DNA of 63,689 bases, the filler included, from Octopus bimaculoides (lineage: Eukaryota): the NCBI RefSeq assembly GCF_001194135.2. It is 6 parts of 6 records of this genome, joined end to end, with 100 filler letters (N's around TTAATTAATTAA, not from the genome) between each part and the next. Parts side by side here need not be neighbours in the genome. Positions count along the whole stretch, not along the records: positions 1 to 8,665 come from NW_026390257.1; positions 8,766 to 23,677 come from NC_068985.1; 4 more parts are not named here. The stretch is one strand, 5' to 3'. Position numbers and translations under genes: made by a program. Below the pieces are notes generated by a model. That model did no database searches and was not told the DNA's origin. It saw only the letters and a program-made list of their open reading frames with translations. Position 1 is the first letter of the stretch, and every line of letters starts with the position of its first letter. Below, piece by piece: positions 1 through 11,019 of the stretch.

Positions 1-639
1 GGAATAAATGTTTGTCGATCGTATTTGAAAAAGATGTGTGGCTATTTTTTCTTTTTGTTATCATGGTGAAGGACGAGTTAGAAATAACTTACAATTCCCG
101 CCAATTAGAATGAGGTATGTATGTATATATGTATGTAGTATTAAAGTGAAACTATCTGTCATTACACTATCGAAATGTGATTGTTTCAGTTTTGATACTG
201 AAATAGTTTTCTTTTACTGCCAGTGTTTCTCCTTCCTTTCTTTTTCTATTTGTTATTGGATTGTTCGTAAAGGTTCATAAGAGAAAATAGGAGTTGAAAG
301 GATTTGTAGTAGAAAGATGAAATTAAATTTTATTAGGTGGGGAAATGTTTATTTGTGTAGTTTTATGGATTTTATTCGTTATTAGGAATTATTTTGAATG
401 AAAAAATGACGCAGTGACCTAACAAATTGTATTTAGAATATTAATTCCGATTCTTTAATCCAAGAAATTTGGAATTGTGTGAATGTATAAATTTTAAACA
501 TACACACACACATACACACACAGAAAATCTGCCTTTTATAGATAAGATATATAGTGATATCGTTCGTTTAACCGAAGTTATCGGTTAAACGAATAAAAGC
601 GCTAATGAAGAATTATCCGAAATTCTGACAGACCCCTTT

Positions 640-1197
640 TTCTTAATATATGCTGAGCGTAGTAATATTGATGATAGATTAGAATGCTTAGCTAAGGGAA
701 AGACGTTTATTACTTTAAAGGACCATACATTCAATATTCATGATAATCTTATCTGAAGATTGTTAAACCCAGCTAGAAAAATACTTAGAAATATTAATAT
801 CAGAAATATTAATATTGGACTTCAACAATGGAATAACAGTTTTATTGAGAGAGATTGGTTTAAGATTATTAAGAATAAGAATAAGGTTAAATTTATCCAT
901 TTTGATATTATAGACTTTTATCTCTCTAAATCTAGATCGATACTTGAGAAAGCTATTGAATTTGCTAATTCATATGTTGAGATTTACCCTATAGATCTAG
1001 GTATTATCAGGCATGCGAAGAAAGCACCATTGTTCAGTAAAGGATTAGCATGGGTACAGAAAGTCGTATAGTGATGAACTATTTGATGTATGTAGGGGGA
1101 CATATGATAGTGCTAATGTCTGTGATTTTGTGAGTTCATTTGTTTAAAACACATTGAGATATAAATACCCAGCTCGTGACATTGGCCTATACCGTTT
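640..1197 (+). mobile_element. Penelope-like element (PLE) reverse transcriptase fragment, degraded
   Basis: Translation gives ...IDDRLECLAKGKTFITLKDH...*RLLNPARK...QQWNNS...FIHFDIIDFY...HAKKAPLF...W, then after a frameshift DELFDVCRGTYDSANVCDFV...IGLYR. This matches the KDH/CRLINP/FDIxxFY/GSYDGAEVCELVG/IGLYRDD pattern of PLE RTs. Stops and a frameshift are present. Confidence 0.75.
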
Positions 1198-1844
1198 ATC
1201 GTCTACCATTGTATACTATTTGCGTTTTCTATATGCGTCCTTCTCAGTTTATTACGCATTTCTTCTATCATTCAATTTCTTTAATACGTTATAATATGTG
1301 GTTTGCGCCTGAAGAATATGTTTCCGCCTTCCCAGCGTATGAAACTATTAGTAGCGTTTTAAACATGTATTGTGACCTTAAATAAATATTATTTATCTCT
1401 CACCAGGTGGAGTACTTTTCTTGTTGAATTTTCTTCACGGATCAGTACACTATATATATATATATATATATATATGCGAGTCATCATCTCCAATAATGCT
1501 TGAACCCCCTCAATAATACTATTTCAATACAAATTTAAATTGATATTATATTTGTTCCGTAACTCCTTCAATTGGAACGATGCTTGCTTATCCGAATCCT
1601 GCCGCTCGTTTACACAGATTCTGACCACGTATACGGGAAATGTCTCCTCTGTACCGGAACCTCCCACACCAAATCTCCCTCACCCTCTTCCTCTCCCAAT
1701 AGTGACCCCCACATTACTGAAATTCATACACATACACGGTTGCTTCCTTCTCCGTCTCCAACAACAAAAGAAGCTAATCGTGACCACGCCATTCTTGGTT
1801 CTTATTGCTTAATTAATCAGACACTAATAATATATAACAATTTG

Positions 1845-2120
1845 ACTAGCCTTATGCTATTTGTCTACCTACCATATTGAATTAACTACCCTTTTCGTAT
1901 TTGTCGATCTAAATTAATGAATTCTCTACCCATAACCTTCTTTTCTCTATCTAACTTAACGAATTAACTACCCATATCCTGTTTGTGTACCTAACTTAAC
2001 GAATTATCTACCCGTATCCTAATTATTTATCTCATTTAACGAATTTACTATCCTTATCTCCTTTTGTCTACCTTACTTAAGGAATTAACTACCCTTGTTT
2101 TATCAGTTTACCTAACTTAT
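1845..2120. repeat. ~39-bp degenerate minisatellite, ~7 units
   Basis: The unit aacttaacgaattaactacccatatcctgtttgtgtacct recurs with variants. Confidence 0.7.
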
Positions 2121-2504
2121 TTCCAAGCATTTGTATTAACATTGCTTTGTACTAATGCCGGTATACGGTACCCACCATCGTTGGTGTTGACAAGAAGTAA
2201 GTAGTTAACCTGTATATGTATTTGCTAATATCTTTACTAACACTGTTGTACTAATAACGACACAACAACCATATTCAGTGAATAATGGTGGATTATATAC
2301 AAGGACAGTTGTTATGTAATGTTCATTACAACTATCTTTACAGATGCCGATAGCTGCAGTTACGCCTTCCGAAGTTAACTCCTGCATCTCCACCCATTCC
2401 CTCAGAGTTGACACTGTCAATGTAGGCATATTGAAAAATGGTCTGGTGGGAGAGCCCTTTTCCATCAGAAACAAAAGCAAATTAAATGTTTTGAGGAGAA
2501 AAGG

Positions 2505-2722
2505 CGATTTAGGTGAGATTCAGCTGTTGTTTCAAGCACATCGCATGACTACCTACATTCCATATTTTTATAGAGTCAAAAGAAAATATCTAGGAGATTT
2601 AGCTGCTGTTTCTGACACAGTGCATGACTAACGACCACCTTCCACGTTTATGCCTATAGGTAATTAAATAATATATTTAGTAGACTTAGCTGTTGTTTCT
2701 AGCACAACAAATGAACAACTGA
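2505..2722 (+). repeat. Three diverged ~85-bp tandem units
   Basis: The core tttag(g)tgagatt(c/t)agctgttgtttc..gcaca..gcatgacta recurs at ~2505, ~2587 and ~2675. Confidence 0.55.
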
Positions 2723-2741
2723 TAGCTACCACGTTTGTATA

Positions 2742-2937
2742 AAAAAAATTTCCGGTTTCCTACGTTTTAAATGCTGGAAATTACGAATATGCAAAAATTG
2801 CTTTTAAATTTCACCCCCTTCCTTCTCTCCTCCAATTAAAAATTTTGATTTTGTTTACTTTAAAGAGATTGTAGGGAATTGAATATGCAAAACCACGTTT
2901 TCAAAATTTTAAATTCAATAAGCTTATAGACATGTGT

Positions 2938-2969
<32 letters not shown>

Positions 2970-3430
2970 GAATGTCTTGCTGGGGCTAAAAATAACAGTA
3001 TCACCGTCCTCTATTTAGTTGACAAATATATTTTATGAATAAACGGATAGGGATAAATAGACAGACAAATAAATGAACGGAGGAAGTGTTCAAAATTGGG
3101 GGAAGGGATGAAATTTGAGCCCCTTATTAAACTTTATAACATTAATTATTTTACATAATGTTTGTTTCTCATAAAATGGTGCATATTTAATTTACATTTA
3201 ATTATTATTTACGATTAAGGCAAACACAAATAAAAGGCAAATTATTTTCAGTTTAATGTTTGTGTCTGTATTTAATTTTGATTTGCATATATTCGTCAAT
3301 TCTCAATAGGCTCTTTAAAGTAAACAAAAATCAATATTTTAAATTGGGGGTGGGTGATTAGATTAATTTTTTTTTGCATATTCGTAATCTCTGACATCTA
3401 AAACATAGGAATCCCAAATTTTTTTTTCCA
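2742..3430. mobile_element. Non-autonomous DNA element with long diverged inverted repeats (MITE-like or inverted DINE/Helentron-like pair)
   Basis: ~2742-2896 is the reverse complement of ~3282-3430 (shared blocks include ttcctacgtttta, attacgaatatgcaaaa and ttttgtttactttaaagag). An internal (GATA)n lies at ~2938-2968. Confidence 0.6.
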
Positions 3431-3669
3431 AAATATGTATTTTTCTTGGAGAGGATCAAAACTGCATTAGCCCCGTTTTTAGTACATCCCATTACAACCT
3501 GCTACTTTCCACTTCTCTTTGGAAGATGCCGACGGATTCCGTATGAGCAATTTTGTATTGTTTCTGTCAAATATGATCCGCTGATTATTCGTCAGTTTCT
3601 AAAATAGATCTTTATTTATTTACTTTTGTTTTCATGTCCAGTTGAATCGGTGAGGGAGGTGAAATGTGG

Positions 3670-4204
3670 AACACGTGCCTTCACACACGCGCACGCGCGC
3701 ACGCAAACACCCACAGCCAGAAATTAATAAAGAAAAACATACGCAACCATGCACTTTAATTCATACAAAAATACAGACCCTAACCCTACTTACAAAAGTA
3801 CCTAAAAATATACATGCACACTCGCATACATACAAACTTACACACGTTTCATGATACCTCACTACATACATACCTACATACATATATACACAGAAATATA
3901 CATACATACGTACGTACATTACATACATGCGTACACAAATTTAGCCGAATACATACATAAATAAATGTAAATATACATACATGTATACATACATACACGC
4001 ACTCACATACAAAAACATACACACAGAAAAATACATGCATAGATACAAAAATTCATACATACAGCTACACAAACATACACACATATATACATAATACGTG
4101 CATATATGCATACATATATAAAAATAAACATCCATACAAAATACATAGATAAGTACATTCTATTATATATATATTAGATATACATACATACAATTATAAA
4201 TACA
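3670..4204. repeat. Degenerate (CATA/TACA)n low-complexity tract
   Basis: Seen directly in the sequence. The tract resumes after the Helitron at ~5670-5735. Confidence 0.8.
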
Positions 4205-4443
4205 CTACCAGAGTCACCCGGCGTTGCCCGGGAATGAAATTGTTGCTTATTGGTACTTGGAAACTTTTACGATAATAAAAATGGGGCTTAAATGAAAAAA
4301 ATTCACACAGCGAATATACCACGCTATTGTTTCACACACAGATATACATTGACGCATGTCAGTCGAAAAGTGAAAGTGTAATAGTAATACTTACTTTAAC
4401 ACTCAATGGTTTTACACTTTTGTATATGACATGTACATACTAT

Positions 4444-4930
4444 TCACGTAAGTGCTTCTTCATATACTATGTTTTCTGTCTTGCCATGCTTATCACTGAG
4501 AATGTCGAGGTTATTTTCCTCTCCAACTCTAGAACATCCAACATACAGCTGACCATGTGAGAAGCAAGGTTGAAGGAGGTTAAGTCCCACCACCTTTAGA
4601 GATTGACCTTGTGCTTTGTTGATAGACATTGCAAANNNNNNNNNNNNNNNNNNNNNNNNNNNNNNNNNNNNNNNNNNNNNNNNNNNNNNNNNNNNNNNNN
4701 NNNNNNNNNNNNNNNNNNNNNNNNNNNNNNNNNNNNNNNNNNNNNNNNNNNNNNNNNTGAATTGAGGAACTCCACTGGGTAATGCGTTGCCTGTTCTTGA
4801 TCATGGACAGAGTTAATTGATCTGTATGAACATTCAGGTCCTGGAAGCTGAGTTAACAAATTTTAATTCAGCTTGTCTACAGAATCATTCGTTGGTGCCA
4901 GAATTGTTCTTTCACATAGCCACTTGTGAC
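4444..4930 (-). pseudogene. Helitron Rep/Hel PIF1-family helicase C-terminal fragment (spans an N gap)
   Basis: Motifs HKWLCERTILAPTND..., YRSINSV...YPVEFLNS and MSINKAQGQSLKVVGLNLLQPCFSHGQLYVGCSRVG...NIVYEEAL are hallmark Helitron helicase sequences. Confidence 0.9.
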
Positions 4931-4956
4931 TAATCCTAACCCTAACCATAACCCTG

Positions 4957-5435
4957 GTTAGTAAATTATGAAATTACTTACATCAGTAAATGTGAAGTTT
5001 TTAGCGATTGAAAACGTAAACTGTTAGTGAGAACAGTAACGATTGAAGTGAAAGTGAGGTTGAAGCGAAATTTGTCACTCAGTGAACCAAAGAGCCAGTA
5101 TCGAAGGTACCAGAAAAACAAAACCTCAGCAACAGGGAAACCGTACTTCTGTTAGTAAATGATGAAATTACTAACATCAGTAAATGTTAACGTGTTAGCG
5201 ATTGAAAACGTAAACTTTTATTGAGAACAGTAACGATTGAAGTTAAAGTGATGTTGAATCGAAATTTGTCACTCAGTGAACCAAACAGCCAGTATCGAAG
5301 GTACCAGAAAAACAAAACCTCAGCAACAGGGAAACAGAAAACCGTACTTCTGTTAGTAAATGATGAAATTACTTACATCAGTAAATGTGAGTAAACTTTT
5401 AGTGCGAACAGTAACGATTGAAGTTAAAGTGAAGA
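4957..5435. repeat. ~195-bp tandem repeat (2.4 units) inside the Helitron
   Basis: Units start gttagtaaat(t/g)atgaaattac at 4957, 5151 and 5352, and are highly similar. Confidence 0.9.
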
Positions 5436-6311
5436 GAAAACTATGGCTACCGGAAGTTGACATTGAGGAACCTTTTTAAAGAAGTGAATCTTAAAAATAA
5501 AGCAATATTATTTATCTTAATAAAAAAAATCAAATGAAGAGCCTAAGATTTATCCGAGGTCAAATTATTCCTGCATCACAAGTATGGAAGTAAATAGTGA
5601 AGCCGTTTTCACGTGATAAGCGATTACACACACATCTCTGTTTTATATATAGTATAGATAAAGAGAAAAATACATAGAAAACTATATGGATACATACATA
5701 CAAAAATACATACATACAAAAATGCATATATACATGTCCGTTTGTTAATTATTGAAATGAAATTTATCTTTGCTATAAATGAATAAAAGTTTGCAAATTT
5801 TGGGTAATTTTAACCAATCGAAAATCACAGACATAGCAAGAAATCAATTGTCTTAAAGTTTGCAAAGTTTGGGTTATTTTAACCAATCGAAATCCACAGT
5901 AATACTAAGAAACCATTTGTTTACACACTCTTTATGTCCTTAAAACAATAAAATGTGTTGTTTACTCATTTTTTTGTTTTGAATTATTGATTGCATAAAA
6001 ATTTGTGTTGTGTAGCAATTTTTTAGACATTTTGGCATACTAAATGCATAAAATACGTGCTATCGTCGCAGTGTTGTCATTGTCGTTTTGTTTTCTTGCG
6101 ATTGCAGTCACGCACAAAATAACAGATTCCAAATCCTGTATCCTCATTGGCTAAACATAACAAAGTTTGAAGCTCTGTAACTTATCAATAAAAAAAAATG
6201 CTGGGACAAGTGATTGAAGCCATGAGAACCAGCATAAAAATCTACATAAACACAAGAAATTTGAAAAATTTGAGTTAATTTTCAAATTTCATCTCACGGT
6301 TAACAATTACA

Positions 6312-6680
6312 CAGGGTGTTTCAAAGCATTTGTTATCATTTCACAATCTGATAACTTTGTCAGTTCTTGTTTAAATGACTTTAAATTTTAACAGCATGTG
6401 TAGAAGCAGATGAAAATTTTATGATTGGTGTTTGATGTGTTTATCTTTTCAGGTATAGAAATGGCATTCACTGAAAGAGAAAAGGCGCTTTGTGTGTTGG
6501 AGTATGTTCGAACACAGTCGAGCAAGACTGTGCAGCGTGCATTTGTTAGATAGTTCTCTAAAAAGTTACCAACGGCAATGCAGATTTGGAAATGGCACAA
6601 AGAATTCAAAGAGGAAGGCCGTCTGTGCAGGGAAAAAGGATCTAAACGACCACTAACATCGGAAGAGAATTTAAGCGGGT
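6312..6680 (+). mobile_element. Tc1/mariner 5' fragment (DUF4817-type HTH transposase N-terminus)
   Basis: A TIR-like CAGGGTGTTTC is at 6312. ATG at 6461 gives MAFTEREKALCVLEYVRTQSSKTVQRAFVR*FSKKLPTAMQIWKWHKEFKEEGRLCREKGSKRP. Confidence 0.75.
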
Positions 6681-6926
6681 ATCCTATAAGCATCGTATGT
6701 TTGCATATGTATGGCCAATGTTAACATATGTAATTTATACCGGTAGTAAAAGCGGATATTCTTATCCCTTAGACGGTTATTCCGGGATTGTTCTTTATAT
6801 GGCCTGTCTTGTTTTTTCTGTTTGCTTCTTTCGTTGTTCGCAAAAAAATTTCGTTTTCCATGTTCTTTTATTTCATGTTCCAGTTTTTAAGGTTGTTTAC
6901 GTTTTTTGACGTCCTGTACCCATATA

Positions 6927-8665
6927 TCATCATCATCATCGTTTAACATCCACTTTCTATGCTAGCATGGGTTGGACGATTCGACTGAGGAATGGTGAAG
7001 CCAGATGGCTACACCAGGCTCCAATCTGATTTGGCAGAGTTTCTACAGCTGGATACCCTTCCTAACGTCAACCACTCAGAGAGTGTAGTGGGTGCTTTTA
7101 CGTGCCACCGGCACGAAGGCCAGTCAGGAGATACTGGCAACGGCCACGCTCAAAATGGTGTATTTTATGTGCCACCCGCACAAGAGCCAGTCCAGCGGCA
7201 CTGGCAACGATCTCGCTCGAAAAACCTTACACATGTCACGGGCACAAGTGCCAGAGAGGTGACGCTGGGCACAGGTGCCATCCCGATTTCGCTTTCGCTT
7301 GCTCCAATAAGTCTTAGCAAGCTGAGTTTCGTGTCCAATGAAGGAGACGACGTTGGCATGGGTGCCAGTCGTCGAATTTAGTTCGATTTTGATTTCACTT
7401 GCCCCAACAAGTCTTCGCAAGCGGAGTTTAGTGTCCAATGAAGGAAAGATATGCATAAGTGGTTTGGCTACACCCCTGGCAGAAGCCTTGGATTTAGGTC
7501 TCACTTGGCTTGCCGGGTCTTCTCACGCACAGCATATTTCCAAAGGTCTCGGTCAGAAGTAATCGCCTCGGTGAGGCCCAATGTTCAAAGGTCTTGTCTC
7601 ACCACCTCAGCTCAGGTCTTCCTGGGCCTACCTCTTCCACAGGTTCCCTCAATTGTAAGGGTGTGGCACTTTTTCACGCAGCTATCCTCGTCCATTCTCG
7701 CCATATGTCCATACCAGCGTAGTCGTCTCTCTTGCACACCACAACTGATGCTTCTTATGTTCAACTTTTCTCACAAGATACTTACACTCTCTCGGGTATG
7801 CACACTGACATTACTCATCCATCGAAGCATACTGGCTTCATTCCTTGCGAGCTTACGTATGTCCTCAGCAGTTACAGTCCATGTTTCACTGCCATGTAGC
7901 ATGGTTGTTCGTACACATACGTCATACAGTCTGCCTTTTACTCTGAATGAGAGTCCCTTTGTCGCCACCAGAGGTAAGAGCTCTCTGAACTTTGCCCAGG
8001 CTATTCTTATTCTAGCAGCTACACTTTCAGCGCACCCACCCCCACTACTAACGTGGTCACCCAGATAGCAGAAGCTATCAACTACCTGTAGTGTTTCTCC
8101 CTGGAATGAGACAGAAGTTGTTTCCTGTTTGTTTACAGTGTTTATTGCACCTGAACATCTGCCACATACAAAAACTAACTTCCTAGTTAACCTGCCTTTG
8201 ATATTGCTGCACCTCTTATGTGTCCATAGCTTGCACTGGGTACATCTTATAGAGTTACTACCCACTCCTTTTCTACATTTCGAGCAGGGCCATCTACCTG
8301 AAGGGGTTTGTGTTTTATCTACCTTCCTACTTAGGACTTTGGTTTTAGCTAGGTTGAATCTAAGGCTCTTCGATTCTAATCCCTGCTTCCGCACCTGAAA
8401 CTTCTCCTCTAGTTCTGATAGTGACTCAGCAATTAGTGCAAGGTCATCAGCATAGAGGAGCTCCCAGGGGCAACCTGTCTTGAATTCCTCTGTGATCGCC
8501 TGGAGGACTATGATAAATAGGAGGGGCTGAAGACAGAACCTTGGTGGACCCCTACCTCTACCCGGAATTCATTACTGTACTCATTTCCAACCCTCACCTT
8601 ACTGACAGCATCTCTGTACATGGCTCGCACAGCTCTCACTAACCATTCTTCTATCCCAAGTTTCC
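6927..8665 (-). mobile_element. RTE-clade LINE, 3' half (RT + PHD finger + repeat-containing 3' UTR + (GAT)n tail)
   Basis: GVHQGSVFSP..LFIIVL and WELLYADDL (RT); C4HC3 finger at 8155-8286; YLGD and LRWYGH thumb motifs; 3' tail ...CCAACCCATGCTAGCATAGAAAGTGGATGTTAAACGATGATGATG. Truncated by a gap at 8666. Confidence 0.9.
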
Positions 8666-8709
8666 NNNNNNNNNNNNNNNNNNNNNNNNNNNNNNNNNNN
8701 NNNNNNNNN

Positions 8710-8721
8710 TTAATTAATTAA
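8710..8721. other. Assembly spacer TTAATTAATTAA inside an N gap (also at 23722, 30171, 59953 and 62304)
   Basis: An identical 12-mer, which gives stops in all six frames, is centred in ~100-nt gaps five times. This is an artificial linker. Confidence 0.9.
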
Positions 8722-8860
8722 NNNNNNNNNNNNNNNNNNNNNNNNNNNNNNNNNNNNNNNNNNNNCGAATTTGACAGAATTTGAACTCAAAATGTAAAGA
8801 CGGACGAAATGCCGCTAAGCATTTTGCCCAGCACGCTAACGATTCTACCTCCTCGCCACC

Positions 8861-8921
<61 letters not shown>

Positions 8922-8923
<2 letters not shown>

Positions 8924-9450
8924 GCCCTGATGCTATACCAGGCAGTAGCTCTCATGGTTTCTGATCTAAACTGATTGAAAGTGTTAACATGTACATATTT
9001 TGTCTTGGTATAAAAAATGGGCTACAGCAAATATTCTGCTCAATACCACTGATTTACTTGTCAGTTGTCTGACCTAAACCAGCTGAGCATGTCCCTTAGT
9101 GGCTGACAATATGTACATCTCTGATTACGGGCAGAAGTAGTGGGGGAACATCATAGACATGTGTTGAGAGAGATTCTTTGGGAAATGAATAATTTACCCC
9201 CTGGAAACTTGGGTTTTTCCTTCATCTTTCTTAAACAACTCTTATTCAGGGATCTTTTGGGCGGGATGGATTACTTGACTTGAAAAAATTCTAATTGGGA
9301 GACACTTGCAAGCTCATGAGTTGTTTATGTTGATATGACATCACCACGTCTCGCACATATGATTGTGATGCATGTCTGGAGTACCAGACGGGTGGTCATG
9401 ATGGGTATACGTTTACCCCAGCATCACTTTAATGGCGTGTGCTGCTCTCT
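8922..9450 (+). mobile_element. Non-coding ~500-bp interspersed repeat associated with (TAA)n arrays
   Basis: It follows (TAA)n and ends ...gctgctctctcactc. Homologous copies are at 15625-15770, 22535-23030 and 24096-24130. Confidence 0.7.
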
Positions 9451-9665
9451 CACTCATCTTTTTATCCTTTTTTCTATCTTCTTTTTTTTTTCTTTTTTCC
9501 CTCTTTTGTTTTTCCTTTCCTTTTTCTATCATATGACGTTGTAAATTAACAATCTGGTGTGTTTATTTTCATGGCTTACCAATGCATACAATGAATTTCT
9601 TTGCCCTAGGTATCGGGAAGACACTCGGCAAGAAATGGAAACACAATTCTAAGAAGAAAAAAAGC

Positions 9666-9699
<34 letters not shown>

Positions 9700-9700
<1 letters not shown>

Positions 9701-9907
9701 GTTTCAAATTTTGTCACAAGGGCAGCAGTTTTGGGGGAAGGGATGAGTTGATTACATCGACCCTAGTGTTCAACTGGTACTTATTTTATCGACTCCGAAG
9801 GATGAAAGGCGATGTCGGCCTCGGCGGAATTTGAACTCAGAAAGAGACGAGCTAAATACCTCTAAGCATTTCGTTCAGCGTGCTAACGGTTCTATCAGTT
9901 TGTCGGC

Positions 9908-9908
<1 letters not shown>
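9700..9908 (-). mobile_element. tRNA-derived SINE (family A); a partial copy is also at 8765-8860
   Basis: Has a B-box GAGTTCAAATTCC and the core CCTTTCATCCTTCGGAGTCGATAAAATAAGTACCAG shared with ~20 copies in the window. Confidence 0.8.
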
Positions 9909-9941
<33 letters not shown>

Positions 9942-9999
9942 CGGGGACAATACAAAGACAGACATAAAGTGTTGGGTTTTATAGATATATTGAAATTAT

Positions 10000-10043
<44 letters not shown>

Positions 10044-10119
10044 AAAACAAGTATACGCTGTATGCACTGAAAGAGAAGGAACATGTATACATAGCATACA
10101 AAAGTTTAAAAAAATAATA

Positions 10120-11010
10120 ATATGAAGAAGACAAGTTCAGATAAAACGAAAATTCGTTTTCTTTTTTCGTCATCTTATTCAATTTAACTTGCTCTACCAT
10201 GCCTAATTTTAAATATTATTAAAGTTAATTAATCTTAGTAAAAACGTGTCCTTTTTTTAATTCTTTGCTTCTTTTTGTTTCGCTATCAACAAATATATCT
10301 CTCACCCATTACTGTCACCATGCCACAGTGCAACAATTTGACTAAATATTATTTAAGTTAACTCATCCGAGTAAAAGCGCACCTTTTTTTTTTGGTCTTT
10401 GTTTTGTTTCTGTCGTATTAATTTCGTTTTTGCTTATGAAGCGATATGTCTCCCCCACAGTACTGTAATCATGCAACAGAGTAGCGATTGGTCGTTCCTG
10501 ATCAGCATAACCTTATAGACTTCCGACTCAATAGTTGTATCTTATTTCTTGGCGTCCTCCTCATAAATATCGTCTCGCTTGCTTTGCTGACTCACTCTGG
10601 TCTGTTGTGAACGAAGAAGATATGTTCAGATAAGCGACGCTTCGTTTTTCTTTCCTCGCTTTTAATTTTAACGTCATGCTATTTAATTTAACTTGTTCTA
10701 CCATGCCTGAGTATTAAATATCATTTAAAATAATTAATCCTAGTAAAAACGTGCCCCTTTTTGCCTCTTTGTTTTGTTTCTCTCGTATTAGTCCCATTTT
10801 TACTTATGAACAGATATATCTTTTTCCCATTACTGGGATCATGCTACAGTGCAGCCATTTGGCTAAATATTATTTGAATTAAGTAATCCTAGTAAAAACG
10901 TGCCGGTTTTTTTAATGCTTCCTTGTTTTGTTTCTCTCGTATTTGTTTCATTTTTGCCTATGAACAGATATATCTCTACCCCAGTACTGTGACCATGCAA
11001 CAAAGTAGCC
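10120..11010. repeat. Degenerate ~125-135-bp tandem units forming a larger duplicated block
   Basis: The motif ccatgc...aaatattatttaa..taatcctagtaaaaacgtg...tttgttttgtttctctcgtatt recurs about five times. 10120-10480 resembles 10615-11010. Confidence 0.65.
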
Positions 11011-11019
11011 ATTTCATCG

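Larger units (their letters stand above)
4205..5658 (-). mobile_element. Non-autonomous Helitron with both termini
   Basis: The minus-strand 5' end is A|TCTATACTATATATAAAACAGAGATG (TC at 5658-5657). The 3' end has a hairpin CCCGGGCAACGCCGGG (4217-4232) followed by CTGGTAG|T (4205). It sits between A and T and contains a PIF1 helicase C-terminus. Confidence 0.9.

Noticed and set aside
1572-1880. 102-aa ORF with CxxC..H as a zinc-knuckle protein
   Set aside because: The motif is incomplete, the sequence is low complexity, and there is no supporting context. It is probably a repeat relic.
3555-3600. CTGACGA...GAAAC on the minus strand as a hammerhead
   Set aside because: There is no stem II closing pair and no stem I/III pairing.
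8710-8721. Recurrent TTAATTAATTAA (5 copies) as a biological motif or PacI-like site
   Set aside because: It is always centred in ~100-nt N gaps and gives stops in six frames, so it is an assembly linker.
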